Under the pieces are notes generated by a model. It saw nothing but the letters and a program-made list of their open reading frames with translations, was not told the DNA's origin and did no database searches. Shown in pieces: positions 22,901 through 29,657 of a DNA stretch of 64,000 nucleotides. The stretch's first letter is position 1; every line of letters starts with the position of its first letter. The translations under genes were made by a program, and so were the position numbers. This DNA comes from an uncultured virus (IMG/VR IMGVR_UViG_3300044825_002550) (Duplodnaviria > Heunggongvirae > Uroviricota > Caudoviricetes), in IMG/VR virus record IMGVR_UViG_3300044825_002550. One strand, given 5' to 3'.

Positions 22901-24354
22901 TCTGCTTTTGTTCTAGCTAAATCTTCATTGTAGTACCTATCTAACAAAGGGAATAAACCTTGGCTATCTCCATAACTTTTACCCGCTACTCCTATACTTA
23001 ACCTATCTTGCTCTGCTAGTCTTCTAAAGACCTTAAGCATTTCTTTTCTTATATTCTTGTTATACTCTGAGTATGCGGCATCTTTAGGCCCATCTTTCTT
23101 GCCCCCAAAGCCTGATTTTGATTGGATAAATAGGCTCTCTACATATTGCATAGAGATAACTACTTTAGATTTCTCCCCGTCTTTACTTAATTTTCTTAAT
23201 TTATTTAGCAGTTCAGTTTGTATTTCATCTCTAATAAATACAGTTCTATTAGGACCTACTCCGCTTCTTTTAGATTGAAAACTACGTTTAATATCTTCGA
23301 CAAACTCTTTAGGGTTTACTAGAGATAGGCTATTTATAACTTCTGACACTTCTAAGGAAGCCAAATTGTATTTAGGGTCAGAAGCTACGGTATATATACT
23401 ATCCGTTATATCTTTTATTTCTTGTATTAAGTTATTTCTAATAAAAGTTCTTTTACTGTCTGAGAAGTTATGCGACCTTAAAATAAGCATTTCCTCAGTA
23501 GTATGAGCACGGCTTAGAGTATCTGTAATATTTTGAGTACTAATAAAAGCTATAGAAGCGGTATCAGGAGTATTATAAAGGTAACCAACTTTAGCGTGCA
23601 AGCTAAAGTTATTAAATCCCACAGTAGCGACAGTTTTACCTTGTTCTGTAAGAACTTTAGTAGCAATATCGTTGCCTAAAAGGACGTTCATTGCAGTTTT
23701 ATTTTGATTTTTTATAAGTTCTGCTTCATTGCTAATGTCGGGAAGAGGACTTTTAAGATAAGACTGAGTAACTAACTCAACAGAGCCAGGGCGTTGGCTT
23801 AAAGCAGAGAAGACACTGTTTTCTTGTACTTGGTACAAGGAGGTACGAAGAGTAAGGTCTTGAGTTTCTTTACTATTAAAGAGAGAGAATAGGTCGTAGT
23901 GTGTAGGTCGAGAAACAAAGCCATCTGCGGAATATAGGTCTCTATGAAGTGTGGATGGATTAACAGTTTGAGTATTATTAATAGTGTAAAGAGTAGCTTG
24001 CTCCATTTGACTAAGATAAGAGCCAATGGAGTTTTGAAGCCTATTTGCTTGATAGTTAACTAAAAGTTCAGTACGCAGGCGAAGTTCAGCTTGGTCGTAA
24101 TTAAATGACGATTGAGTCATTTTATTAAAAAAGTCGTTGCTGTGTTTTTTAGCAGCAACAAAAGGGTCATTAGCATTTTCATCAAAGCTTGAGAAAAACT
24201 GGGTAATAGGGCTACCCGCGTTCATATTGTATTCTACAAGGCTTTGGAAAACATCATCTTTAGGGTGGGGTCTGCCCTTTAAAGAGGATTCATCATCAGA
24301 AATATCTGACCCATCATCGGACAATCCCGATGTAGTTTTTTCTTCTTCGTCCAT
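10972..24354 (-). CDS. Giant 4460-aa protein: tandem PLD-type domains plus putative single-chain two-barrel (virion) RNA polymerase
   Basis: PLD motifs LHAKVGY...STQN (H~253) and AHSKSFAVID...GSSNLS...NLE (H~515). Beta-like motifs SDFSYVN, RPGSDTSKGP and DIYAILSPSQIKG. Beta-prime-like motifs IRQAGSDRLKLVGFSSIA, TLRAGSP and LGDNDGD (D~3179). Downstream GLLGTTYN and QQFIRDAGLK. Also coiled coils and a hydrophobic C-terminus. Confidence 0.7.
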   Translation of the reverse strand: MDEEEKTTSGLSDDGSDISDDESSLKGRPHPKDDVFQSLVEYNMNAGSPITQFFSSFDENANDPFVAAKKHSNDFFNKMTQSSFNYDQAELRLRTELLVNYQANRLQNSIGSYLSQMEQATLYTINNTQTVNPSTLHRDLYSADGFVSRPTHYDLFSLFNSKETQDLTLRTSLYQVQENSVFSALSQRPGSVELVTQSYLKSPLPDISNEAELIKNQNKTAMNVLLGNDIATKVLTEQGKTVATVGFNNFSLHAKVGYLYNTPDTASIAFISTQNITDTLSRAHTTEEMLILRSHNFSDSKRTFIRNNLIQEIKDITDSIYTVASDPKYNLASLEVSEVINSLSLVNPKEFVEDIKRSFQSKRSGVGPNRTVFIRDEIQTELLNKLRKLSKDGEKSKVVISMQYVESLFIQSKSGFGGKKDGPKDAAYSEYNKNIRKEMLKVFRRLAEQDRLSIGVAGKSYGDSQGLFPLLDRYYNEDLARTKADGDDLYHLAKNTMKVLLEHKSFSILPTRFAHSKSFAVIDDSNAQDLKLLQYGIGSSNLSYKAYKDNLEVFMMLDKNTVGGLTDKEQQEIADYYYYGVSNFSKLNRGANLSSPTQRRGSQQQTDELISILKKMGGVYSTEGTPKGKEFSYTIIYDPNTYKRIGVDISIGSLNGELPGYSFSVTLGEERGISGQVEPVAYLSKTGRVINGMTFVNNSSRALKVLGDKTINPRGQQTFNALEVVGGLVNTMRHMLTFEATRGSINQALNIMTAADKTTALQKILGTILSLEMNKHFPSLTSREKNFSALLMQLQSQSINNNLKQKILTDTLNRLKTYDKVYAVPGMNPSHLKARGDLISNLYKDKTAADFFKKPLDARNQGDAIVAELLDIIENTRSNKETATMFSDIQRLMVKSDRRAQVFYDNRIRRIKTEMFNQITSPFMQPHELRYSMGQAMFKRPVYGINDDIYDLAEEQGTLDLLLSPHPLRHGETLEVDGKGFIRGKADHKRFIKPELYDNLGGIYNVAEGAVTIRQTHLMMQTMRGLSVINKKEYKNQVRKSLKNQGYTKEEITRIVDAMTNELFSINKNVSGDIDNETVMYFPYRVTEQIPERMRNLQSTRPVESASYKFGLAADTLGADSAIGDVLSNPETLIDNTFLTSLAPHQFRIIQDRLNTGEDAVTILQKLKVDYANSQLLVRGFLGGKAPKRVLQSIGISTMSDFSYVNEGFRYEAGNNKTRPEYVQYHVTNISLDSANLLGNTSFKADIEKHLKQGTSFIHKDQLIVNENVKTALKQETVNVANLLISNISADDIASRLGLESSKLSNTLRNLIAKFGEYGDATTITRFEDVRNLDRRQLNVINKLLGLTYESVNFRGDTNSFYYKGGVYSPVSSSSNNILDRLKSVRRIGDIDINAGYFTINAFSQYTKQDGQRRRQEYIKFKLPATSAREYRGVSFLVENPYIYHSGASSIQLELTTATRRDMVSNLRPGSDTSKGPAYLLESRIFEQLKKEQEERKLDTLLPQRIRKQDIYAILSPSQIKGFNFEQGLMLIEDKDSSFLKEIKKTDGSKALAEGLALMMLGEKAGSDTIMQLLATSLNQQDSKTQAAKALDILAKHDYAKKMKLPKRKLGDTATKTDNLEPTFTVFGELSSLALPAYVKQELAKDTPDISQALIKTVADALRGDTAALSHIKTQSIKLFETARSNPNSFNYNNRFIFNDESTRTASVLAFFTKASQDLFRNINIKNRLTGKSISEINAGYFLQGDNIEHYYSNNNLESKNKAAVLALIQSVQVIGSVLNIHLPTPEEIQKLEEDKRKTKIRELQLGLQQLDTILRLNRFLEFGVEQMPSRIAVAIGMQNMTKMEGQYMYELTKNQMGLYTDRHKESEDILNIQQAVLMLGSIVEGELIDPTKAKTKYKIQANNLALIGHTGSPLEFISKFTTAYTEQADKGLPTIVNTDNKTTSLAKEAILNYVLGDNEKSNVALSELSNTKNILLGLLSNRASEAQEDSTSLRLSKIEDIMLDTLLSDNAQKNKIRDTLQLITLFRTRLPSTDTNTLVRFALQYQKLKGTVSVPEEYYVSLFTSLYDSGATAADIDTFLTKERLEDAGVFTVYREQLRSRIESAKGTSIGTEYVNQSLESLRSYSKLLKNISSTSSLNTEQRERAESLYKSVTSTQLVTLPALYIGLSTTESGKYDVFYSPDSKQTGTHGILLGLDLLEKLSLVFQGQSHDALVAQIRLRYALEETAPLLKRIADHQLLNPASLDNLPTISAEEKKQYENLQTLLLQTQATTMDLINNQETIRQAGSDRLKLVGFSSIAMSSFLLSSHEIAAGSKFEEISQDTNTPEILTKNISDVSFKLNKKFKEAKGSVERRLRGKNYDLDALNTLIDSNDALKSFVYGSSAYSDNNYVIIDKDDRNNVRLKRITTTGEERTETILLEAKKQPGSSIANNSIRYYTGDDTKTAQQYREELSSIEQQITDNTERLNTGIANRDQRNLEIQTRQDNVNVYSNSLTVIRNLRNTRSQPSILNPRLRQERREQQLADILSYAASQSPIISQLHTNAELVRQRELLEIARRNYAQLTAEQQTNSFIETPSGRFPSRLPNAAQSYIYLIEEIQGNIRQLESRTRELPSYNVIISNIEQITNLDSTLQQELLTQRGLLEIARRNYAQLSAEQQTNSFIETPSGRVPSRLPNAAQSQIYLIEEIEGNIRRLESQLNLNTNTDILALYIGNIEDKLQKSANIRSLITRSQNTISTLERDMSTRHRRQTTDLNNQIRQDRKSLLRSIEQENTILRASLIQEGTYNDQQIRQRLLDNRQARINDFTLTADTRRSNLLLAQQQEEQSYRERINRRQAVINRYEQQIAQLNQTITRLESAMERRIEALNIQLDSERSEIADETERINDIRSQLSTLRSSKRDLKSLYRKEVRYSNYKEYKRLSKEIRDKEREIARLEEGRDAERARLEQQKAELKVQREGYKETTYTKYKKYSELTNEEKAVARMLTSSIDTTIDRGVINSETLFRREVGEEILNKGVEEYNLIKREYYLRGGETAAMPVDLEITKSHIDQIARYTNNKYLSVDQINDFILKLVLATDAEGMNAARVAETQEEAKRSYEQNKNKIKGSITFATTLRAGSPSGTSLLSETGTLLNETRTVEELRERADILNTNISPAEEGSNTLVLMSALGTHYTQLGDNDGDSFQSAVTQMAVLTRRIKEQSQKIKELQDRISLKHQPRIENNDTAKELAQEVRRQDIQEEEHKLENLTRQHNEALKQFELIRNNAVSRAKKGIRTFARVYSALPEELIGDSKFIKDIHLQTFVKQFRDTIGAADHVGSVMTATQQLSPKFLSSLRFLTEGTTEAQQQARLNSIHSNDIRRRLLSGFEGVSRDSEEFRTLQQYLTFLGKEESDLTAEEQNLLEDLTRQQRTIIQAKSNKATQEDLMAPLVKYVQTEIATVAQLGAATSTITSKILKSAQGSIINDQTLQELQAIIGTSTGGLLGTTYNTVVPLIALQMANIGALKALSSKEDKSYRLALAAGIMAQTSASSTLSIPSVPIAELNNLKEQLLTGQYSAKAKIAQLQAEKDIEVAMRFVTTTQQFIRDAGLKPKERKGDTSGKSGPKSLLEAVDTYTIDPKIASEYNIDKEKAEKLQGLTSIIRAIEEANDPKNANKFREELLNRFLSTKVGEPLIAAQMYKDDEALSTLRSFAALQIVTDYLSGKYKTADDLINNSPLSTALKSAQSSKEYEGYTSDDFITKYIANLYSDFQLKYTVSNVSVDLANRKEQFNKGYELLEYYGLDREGNILSDRDTKLNKITEDYLKEKSLFREYTSGDKDAEEFREEYYKKLTERSDAVSTAIKALSAGGKSDEGIVYQTAMEALISKNIEQDSESFIKGLQQLKGLHSTIQNMKANNLPGVDQLEQELGLYSTAFANRLGSGHTDLNLFTGFFATIIPKLAELKQTADAKKAAGDSSMYDNLLYSLAGINNADSLFSPNLITPTGVDETEFTNAYKQAGTHKATFDQRLQLAKEHTKLNYAQGDTDLIANLDALTFSSIDESLSESDKLSEFDRQSLQIEELVSRAHELKKQTTTGVDLDKEIAKYTEFKQDLSTIKHLNKSSVDYAAETNAFSYAVQQLTTEMIDIGEKLRSPELSDEDEKRLRERGLELENMLFRPQDNRQALINEFRNLGVDSGAEDLVNKLEQTIATHTKQVQKEQNEQARVVLGKTASRINSMSEGLSILAIPALFAIMQNPGDSVEQIAAGTLDMYQSMVGSPTAMGIMASPLSTPSPEELLKSHRVMQSMQVTRIRNQLKYNDSFTAGLAAGVAFEGIFKASQALTKQAVDYFDNLQDGFSSTVKGRFLAEFAGGIIGLGLAGLMTNSQAGLPTEDYTESNIALRVIDQIRQSSQAATNNYIEAVISSMSDIVYDNNDSYYYAQVDFSEEGVSNTERNQILGTLNLYDENMSELDQQYDNYI

Positions 24355-24412
24355 TTTTTATAGTTATATTAAGTGTACAGAACTTTTTAAACAGGCAAAC
24401 AGCTAATAATAT

Positions 24413-25195
24413 ATGACTGGTAAACAGGTTTTAACAATTGATGCATCTTCAACACCTAACCAGGTATTAACAGTAAGTTTTTACGTACCGGATTATGGTG
24501 ATTACGTAAAGGTAAAGAGGTTATATCCTTATCCTACCAGGGATGGAGAGCAAAGACCCCCCTATAGTGTTGAGGAACTATTATTTGCTTATCTTATTGC
24601 TGAGATAAAGAAAAAGGGAAAAGCCTTACCTATAGACCCTCAAGACTTACCTTCTAGACTAGAACCTTTTCCTATAGATGATCGTCAAGCTATCATGCAG
24701 GAGTTTATAGCTACTTGTTTTCCAGACGATGAGCAACAAAAAACGGCTAGAAACTTTGCGTTGGAGCAACGAAAAGGAGAACCTAAACCCTCTATAGTTG
24801 TGCCAGCTTTAATTACTCCTAGTGGACGTAGCTACACTTTTGTAAGACCCAATACAGGGGCTCAATGGAAAGCGGACAACAGTTGGAAGAGTGCTTCGGA
24901 GAACGGCTGTACTTTAGATGAATATTTACTAGCAATGTGTTTAACACATGTAGACGGTAAAGAGATAGAACCTCAAAAAGACCCTATTGAGGTTTTTACA
25001 GGAGAGAGTATAGAGTTAGTACAGTTTCTAGCTATGATTTTTGTTAACGCCTTCTTATTAGACGACAAGGCGGCTGAAGAAGCAAAAAAGAGGGGAAAAC
25101 TGAACAAGCAGAAATTGAGAGCCGCATTTGGGAACAGCAAGTCTGCTACACACCGAACAGTAGATACTACACCGACATCAGCTGCACAAGTTTAA
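24413..25195 (+). CDS. Putative tail assembly chaperone (gpG-like)
   Basis: In-phase slippery heptamers near the 3' end lead into the next ORF by a -1 shift. Confidence 0.6.
   Translation: MTGKQVLTIDASSTPNQVLTVSFYVPDYGDYVKVKRLYPYPTRDGEQRPPYSVEELLFAYLIAEIKKKGKALPIDPQDLPSRLEPFPIDDRQAIMQEFIATCFPDDEQQKTARNFALEQRKGEPKPSIVVPALITPSGRSYTFVRPNTGAQWKADNSWKSASENGCTLDEYLLAMCLTHVDGKEIEPQKDPIEVFTGESIELVQFLAMIFVNAFLLDDKAAEEAKKRGKLNKQKLRAAFGNSKSATHRTVDTTPTSAAQV
25084..25099 (+). other. Programmed -1 ribosomal frameshift site
   Basis: Codons GCA AAA AAG AGG GGA AAA contain A_AAA_AAG (25084-25090) and G_GGA_AAA (25093-25099). The -1 frame is open from 25078 to the stop at 25674. Confidence 0.75.
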
Positions 25196-25245
25196 GTATA
25201 GGAAAAGGTAATCTACCTTATTGCTATTATGTTCCAGCAAAGCCT

Positions 25246-25674
25246 ATGGCTGCTAATATACTAATATCAGGTAGATTATGTATATATCCAAGTTGGTACC
25301 CGGTACCAAGAGGGTTAATGTTTAACACACAGCAAGAGGCAGATAATTTTACCATATCTGAGAGTTTAAGATTGGATGCTGAATCTGAGTACTTTTCTAA
25401 AAGATATGATTTAGGTAGTTTTATTGCTATAAACCAATATATTAAGTTAGATATAACTGATTGGTTAGGACTGAGGGAATCTCCTTTTGTTAAGCATTAT
25501 GGAATACCAGATTGTATTAAAAAAGCTTTAGCATTTGAGGTTGCAAATATAGCCCGCGAGCAAGAAAGTAAACGCCGCGAACAAGAACGCCAACTTGAAA
25601 TGAAGAGTATGGAGTACTCCAGCCAACTTAAATTCGGCTCTAATAACACTTCTTTTGGTAAGGTATATAATTAA
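25246..25674 (+). CDS. C-terminal part of frameshifted tail assembly chaperone (gpGT-like)
   Basis: The frame is open back to 25078, overlapping the upstream gene at the slippery site; charged helical C-terminus. Confidence 0.6.
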   Translation: MAANILISGRLCIYPSWYPVPRGLMFNTQQEADNFTISESLRLDAESEYFSKRYDLGSFIAINQYIKLDITDWLGLRESPFVKHYGIPDCIKKALAFEVANIAREQESKRREQERQLEMKSMEYSSQLKFGSNNTSFGKVYN

Positions 25675-25741
25675 CTTTTTACCTTTTTATACTTCCTTTT
25701 AATATCTTTGGTACCTTTTAGGTGTTGCGCTGCATAGGCTT

Positions 25742-27166
25742 ATGACTGATATAGATTATCCAGATAAACGGTCCGCACGGGGCAAATTTACACAACTGGG
25801 CATGCATAGTTCTTTGACTTATGCTCGTAGATTACCTCATGTTAGAATTAGATTGTACGAACGATTAGCTAAACAAGACTTAACTATAAAAACTGCTTTA
25901 AACACACTAATAGATTATGTAATATCAACTATAGGAGATGTAACACATCCTGATCCAGAAATAGCTGATTTTCTTAACACTAATCTTAGAAGAATGGAAG
26001 ATACTCTCGGCGTAAGCTGGAAAAACTGCCTTCGTGTAGCTGAATTTACTAAGTCTTGGGCCGGCTCTTCTGTCTCTGAACTAATGTTTAATCTGGAATT
26101 TGGTACTCTTACATTAGCTGATATTATAACCTATCACCCCTCTACTATTTTTATATACACAAATAAAAAAGGACGATTAGTAGATGGAGAAGCAACCTGG
26201 GATGGTCATAGAAAGTCTGGCGTATACCAAACTGTTGTAGGCTCAACAACTGCAGAAAAGAAGTTAGACCTTTGGAAAGTTCTTTATTTATGTAATGAAC
26301 AAGACTTTGGTAACTATTATGGTCAATCTCTAGTAGCCCCTTGTTATAAATGGGAACGGTTAAAAAATGCTTTAATTGATTTGATGATGATTTATATGGA
26401 GAAAGCTGGTCATAGGTTAACATGGATAGCCTCTACTAGTTCACCTACAAATCAATCTAGAGTAAATCCGTCTACAGGAGAAGAGGAACCTATAACTACC
26501 TTTGACTTACTAAAAGAGCAGATTGACGCTGATGAGGGAATAAAAAATACGTTAATGCTCCCTTTTAATATAGACGGCGCTAGACCAGAAGTTGGTTCTA
26601 TAGCTCAAGCGGACATAATAGGAAACACATATTTAGACGCTATATGGTATGCTGACCAAGAATGCATAAGGCATATAATACCTTATTTTCTTATTTCTGA
26701 CAGGAGTTTAGGATTAAATCCTGAGTCTGTAGAACGAAGGATGGAGGTATTTTATGAGTCTTTAGAAGCTAAACGCGAGCAGTTAACTTCAGCTTTAATT
26801 AAGCAAGTATTTACATTGTTAATTCAATGGAATTTTAACCGTGAGTCCGCTAAAACTCCTCCCAGATTTACTAGAATATACTCCGACCGCTCTGAAGACA
26901 GAGTAGCAACTATGCAGGTAATTAAGGGTTTAACAGAAATTGGCTGTTTAAACCCTCGGAATGACGAAGACTGGAAGATGATACGTCAAATGGTAAGATT
27001 AGGTGGAAGACAAATTGAGCCTGATGATTTGAAGTTTATACAGCAAGTTGTTATTGAACCTAGACAGAAAACCCAATTGTCAGATGTAGGCCCTAATGGC
27101 GCTGGTAAACCTGGTAGGTCTACTGGATCTACTACTAAACAGATTAAAGCTAGAGATAAACAGTAG
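25742..27166 (+). CDS. Portal protein (Mu gp29/DUF935-like)
   Basis: 474 aa; GSSVSELMF and NYYGQSLVAPCY motifs; lies upstream of the protease and capsid genes. Confidence 0.8.
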   Translation: MTDIDYPDKRSARGKFTQLGMHSSLTYARRLPHVRIRLYERLAKQDLTIKTALNTLIDYVISTIGDVTHPDPEIADFLNTNLRRMEDTLGVSWKNCLRVAEFTKSWAGSSVSELMFNLEFGTLTLADIITYHPSTIFIYTNKKGRLVDGEATWDGHRKSGVYQTVVGSTTAEKKLDLWKVLYLCNEQDFGNYYGQSLVAPCYKWERLKNALIDLMMIYMEKAGHRLTWIASTSSPTNQSRVNPSTGEEEPITTFDLLKEQIDADEGIKNTLMLPFNIDGARPEVGSIAQADIIGNTYLDAIWYADQECIRHIIPYFLISDRSLGLNPESVERRMEVFYESLEAKREQLTSALIKQVFTLLIQWNFNRESAKTPPRFTRIYSDRSEDRVATMQVIKGLTEIGCLNPRNDEDWKMIRQMVRLGGRQIEPDDLKFIQQVVIEPRQKTQLSDVGPNGAGKPGRSTGSTTKQIKARDKQ

Positions 27167-27184
27167 CCGCGCGGCTACTGTTTA
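27157..27184. terminator. 28-bp perfect palindrome between convergent genes (bidirectional terminator-like; also an instance of the GC motif)
   Basis: TAAACAGTAGCCGC|GCGGCTACTGTTTA, containing both stop codons. Confidence 0.7.
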
Positions 27185-27793
27185 CTCAATCTGTATTATA
27201 GAGCTTACCTTACTTCTATTACTTATTATTGCTTTAGCAGCTCTATTATGCTCACAGTCTCTATACAGACTAAAGTCATCACATGTACAATTGTACCTTG
27301 TAACCATATTTGGTACTGAATCCTCTCCTGTAATTATAAAGTGGCTTCCCTTTACTTCTTTTATATAATACCCTCTACTTAAAATACTACATAGCAGTAA
27401 ATCGTTATAGCTCGTCTCTACTATAGGCTTTGAAGGTAAATCTATCTCTATATCCGAGGAGTTAAGAATATAAAGCAGTTTTCCATTTTTTATAGCTGAG
27501 TATTTTATACTTCTTTTTATTATCTCTTGTATATATAAGTTAGCTATAGATAACTCTAGAGTTGAATAGTCCATTTTTAAATTTAGGACTTGCGACTGTA
27601 CTTGTACTATGTTTTTAGCGTATTGGTAGAAACCAGGTATTGACTCGAAGTTTATTTCTAAACTTTGTTCTTTGCTGTTAAGCATTGTATTATAGATCTG
27701 AACTTCTATACAGTTTGACAGCACTTTTGCTTCTTTAATACTTAGGTCTTTATAGATATCAAAGAACGACAACAAAAAAGATTTAGATTCCAT
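27182..27793 (-). CDS. SWIM zinc-finger protein
   Basis: C-terminal CTCDDFSLYRDCEH (CxC-xn-CxH). Likely start is MESKS at 27793, because the track start at 27820 overlaps the divergent gene. Confidence 0.7.
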   Translation of the reverse strand: MESKSFLLSFFDIYKDLSIKEAKVLSNCIEVQIYNTMLNSKEQSLEINFESIPGFYQYAKNIVQVQSQVLNLKMDYSTLELSIANLYIQEIIKRSIKYSAIKNGKLLYILNSSDIEIDLPSKPIVETSYNDLLLCSILSRGYYIKEVKGSHFIITGEDSVPNMVTRYNCTCDDFSLYRDCEHNRAAKAIISNRSKVSSIIQIE

Positions 27794-27795
27794 AT

Positions 27796-28590
27796 ATGAA
27801 TGACAACCAATTAATATCAATGCTAATGAACGGTACAGACTTACAAGAAGTAGCTAAAATAGATGTGGAGCCTATTGTAGCTCAATCAGAAGCACTCCTT
27901 AGAAAAGATGTACAAAAAGTGGTAGAAAGTCCCGCAGAAAGTCCCGTAGAAAGTCCTATAGAAAGTAAAACTTTAGGTACTAAAGACTTAATAAAGTTAT
28001 CTGATTATGTATATTCTATGCCTGCAGGGGATTTAGGTATGCTAGAAAACTGTGGTATACCTAATTATAGACTAGCGCAATGCTGCGCTAACTGCGCCTT
28101 TTCTGTATACGACCCCGTATTAAATAGCGCGCGCTGTGTTAAGTGGGATTGTTGTATAGTACCTGTATATTATTGTGATGAACATAAAGACCCCAGAAGT
28201 TTAATAAGTAAAGAGGATAATGTAGAAGAAACAGAGGAGAGAGAAGAGGAAGAGTATAAAGAAGAGATAGGCTTAGAAGTATTAAGTGAACAGCAGCCCC
28301 GCGCGGCTACATTTACTCAAGACTCTACAACACCTCAAGAAGACTCTATAACCCCTCTAGACGACTCTATACCCTCTTTAGATTCTCCCCAGCATACAAC
28401 CTCTATACCTTCAACTGACACCCCTTTACAACTAATATCTAACCACTATAAAGACCAAGAGCTATTCCTAGCCGCAACTACTAATGTCCCTGTTATTGAA
28501 CCTGAGGTATACAAACAAGCTTATATTAAGAAGAAGTATTTACAGCTCTATAAAGAAAAGTATGGTTCTTTTGAAGGGGCTGTTATTTAG
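27796..28590 (+). CDS. Hypothetical protein with Cys-rich (HiPIP-like spacing) metal-binding domain
   Basis: QCCANCAF...ARCVKWDCCIVPVYYCDEH flanked by acidic low-complexity regions. Confidence 0.6.
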   Translation: MNDNQLISMLMNGTDLQEVAKIDVEPIVAQSEALLRKDVQKVVESPAESPVESPIESKTLGTKDLIKLSDYVYSMPAGDLGMLENCGIPNYRLAQCCANCAFSVYDPVLNSARCVKWDCCIVPVYYCDEHKDPRSLISKEDNVEETEEREEEEYKEEIGLEVLSEQQPRAATFTQDSTTPQEDSITPLDDSIPSLDSPQHTTSIPSTDTPLQLISNHYKDQELFLAATTNVPVIEPEVYKQAYIKKKYLQLYKEKYGSFEGAVI

Positions 28591-28619
28591 TTTTATATAC
28601 TTTTAACATTACAGTTAAT

Positions 28620-29606
28620 ATGACCAAGTTTATAGAGATACAAAAGCAAGAACTAGCTGAAGTATCAAATTCAGTAAAAAAGCTATTAAAAGTACCTATA
28701 GCAACAATAGGAAGTTGGGTACACCCTGAGTACGGTGAGGTAAAGTTTTCTCAAGAGGATTTTAGCCAGATAGTAGGTAATTGGAGTAATAATATAGCAG
28801 GGTACGAACCTCCTTTATTTTTAGGTCATCCTACAGATATAAATAGTGTAGAAGGAGCTCCTTCAGTAGGTTTTTTAGAGAAACTATACCAAGAGGGTTC
28901 TGTATTATATGGTTTATTTGACCCCGTAGACGATAAAGTCTTTAACGACGTTGCTAAAGGGTCATACAGATACTCAAGTGCAGAGTTATCCAGAAACGCT
29001 TTAAGCAAAGAAACTGGTGAGTCTATAGGAACTTTACTGCGCGGGGCTGCACTTACTAACAGACCTTTTCTAACGGGCTTACCTCGTGTAGAAGCTGTTT
29101 ACCAACAGTTTAGTGAACAACAACCTGAATCAAATTTAACCTTTTTATTTCATTTAAATACTATGTCAAACTCTTTTGAAACTACAGCTGCAGCTCCATC
29201 TGTATCTGTCTCTGAACAAAAATTAGCCGAAGTCGCTGCTGATTTAACTCTTAAACTTGAAGAACTCAGCAAAAAACTAGAAGCTACTGAACTTAAACTC
29301 TCCGAAGCTAACACCGAAATCGACCGCCTGACTTCAGAGTCAACTCTTAAACAAGTTTCTCTTCTAAATATCTCCTCTGATACTAAACAGGTCTTCTCTG
29401 AACTATTACCTTCCCTCAGCAAACAACAACGTCAAGAACAATTAGAAAAACTTATTAAACTCTCTGAAGGTAACTCCCTAAAGTTTAATGAGCCTCAAGG
29501 TCAATCTAAACCAGATACCTCTGACCAACCTTCTAACCCTTACGAAGATATCATTAAACGTAATCAACAAGTCTTTGCTGACCTTCAGAAGGCTAAACTC
29601 TACTAA
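28620..29606 (+). CDS. Mu gpI-like prohead protease with C-terminal scaffold
   Basis: Motifs FLGH, YRYSSAE and LRGAALTNRPFLTGL; coiled-coil C-terminus with a possible internal start MSNSF at 29163. Confidence 0.85.
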   Translation: MTKFIEIQKQELAEVSNSVKKLLKVPIATIGSWVHPEYGEVKFSQEDFSQIVGNWSNNIAGYEPPLFLGHPTDINSVEGAPSVGFLEKLYQEGSVLYGLFDPVDDKVFNDVAKGSYRYSSAELSRNALSKETGESIGTLLRGAALTNRPFLTGLPRVEAVYQQFSEQQPESNLTFLFHLNTMSNSFETTAAAPSVSVSEQKLAEVAADLTLKLEELSKKLEATELKLSEANTEIDRLTSESTLKQVSLLNISSDTKQVFSELLPSLSKQQRQEQLEKLIKLSEGNSLKFNEPQGQSKPDTSDQPSNPYEDIIKRNQQVFADLQKAKLY

Positions 29607-29657
29607 TTATACCCATATAGAAAATATTCTTAGTTTTAAACTTTATAGGAATTTATT

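Noticed and set aside
11044..24406. Many short + strand ORFs antisense to the giant gene
   Set aside because: They are antisense shadows of a long coding frame with no recognisable motifs.
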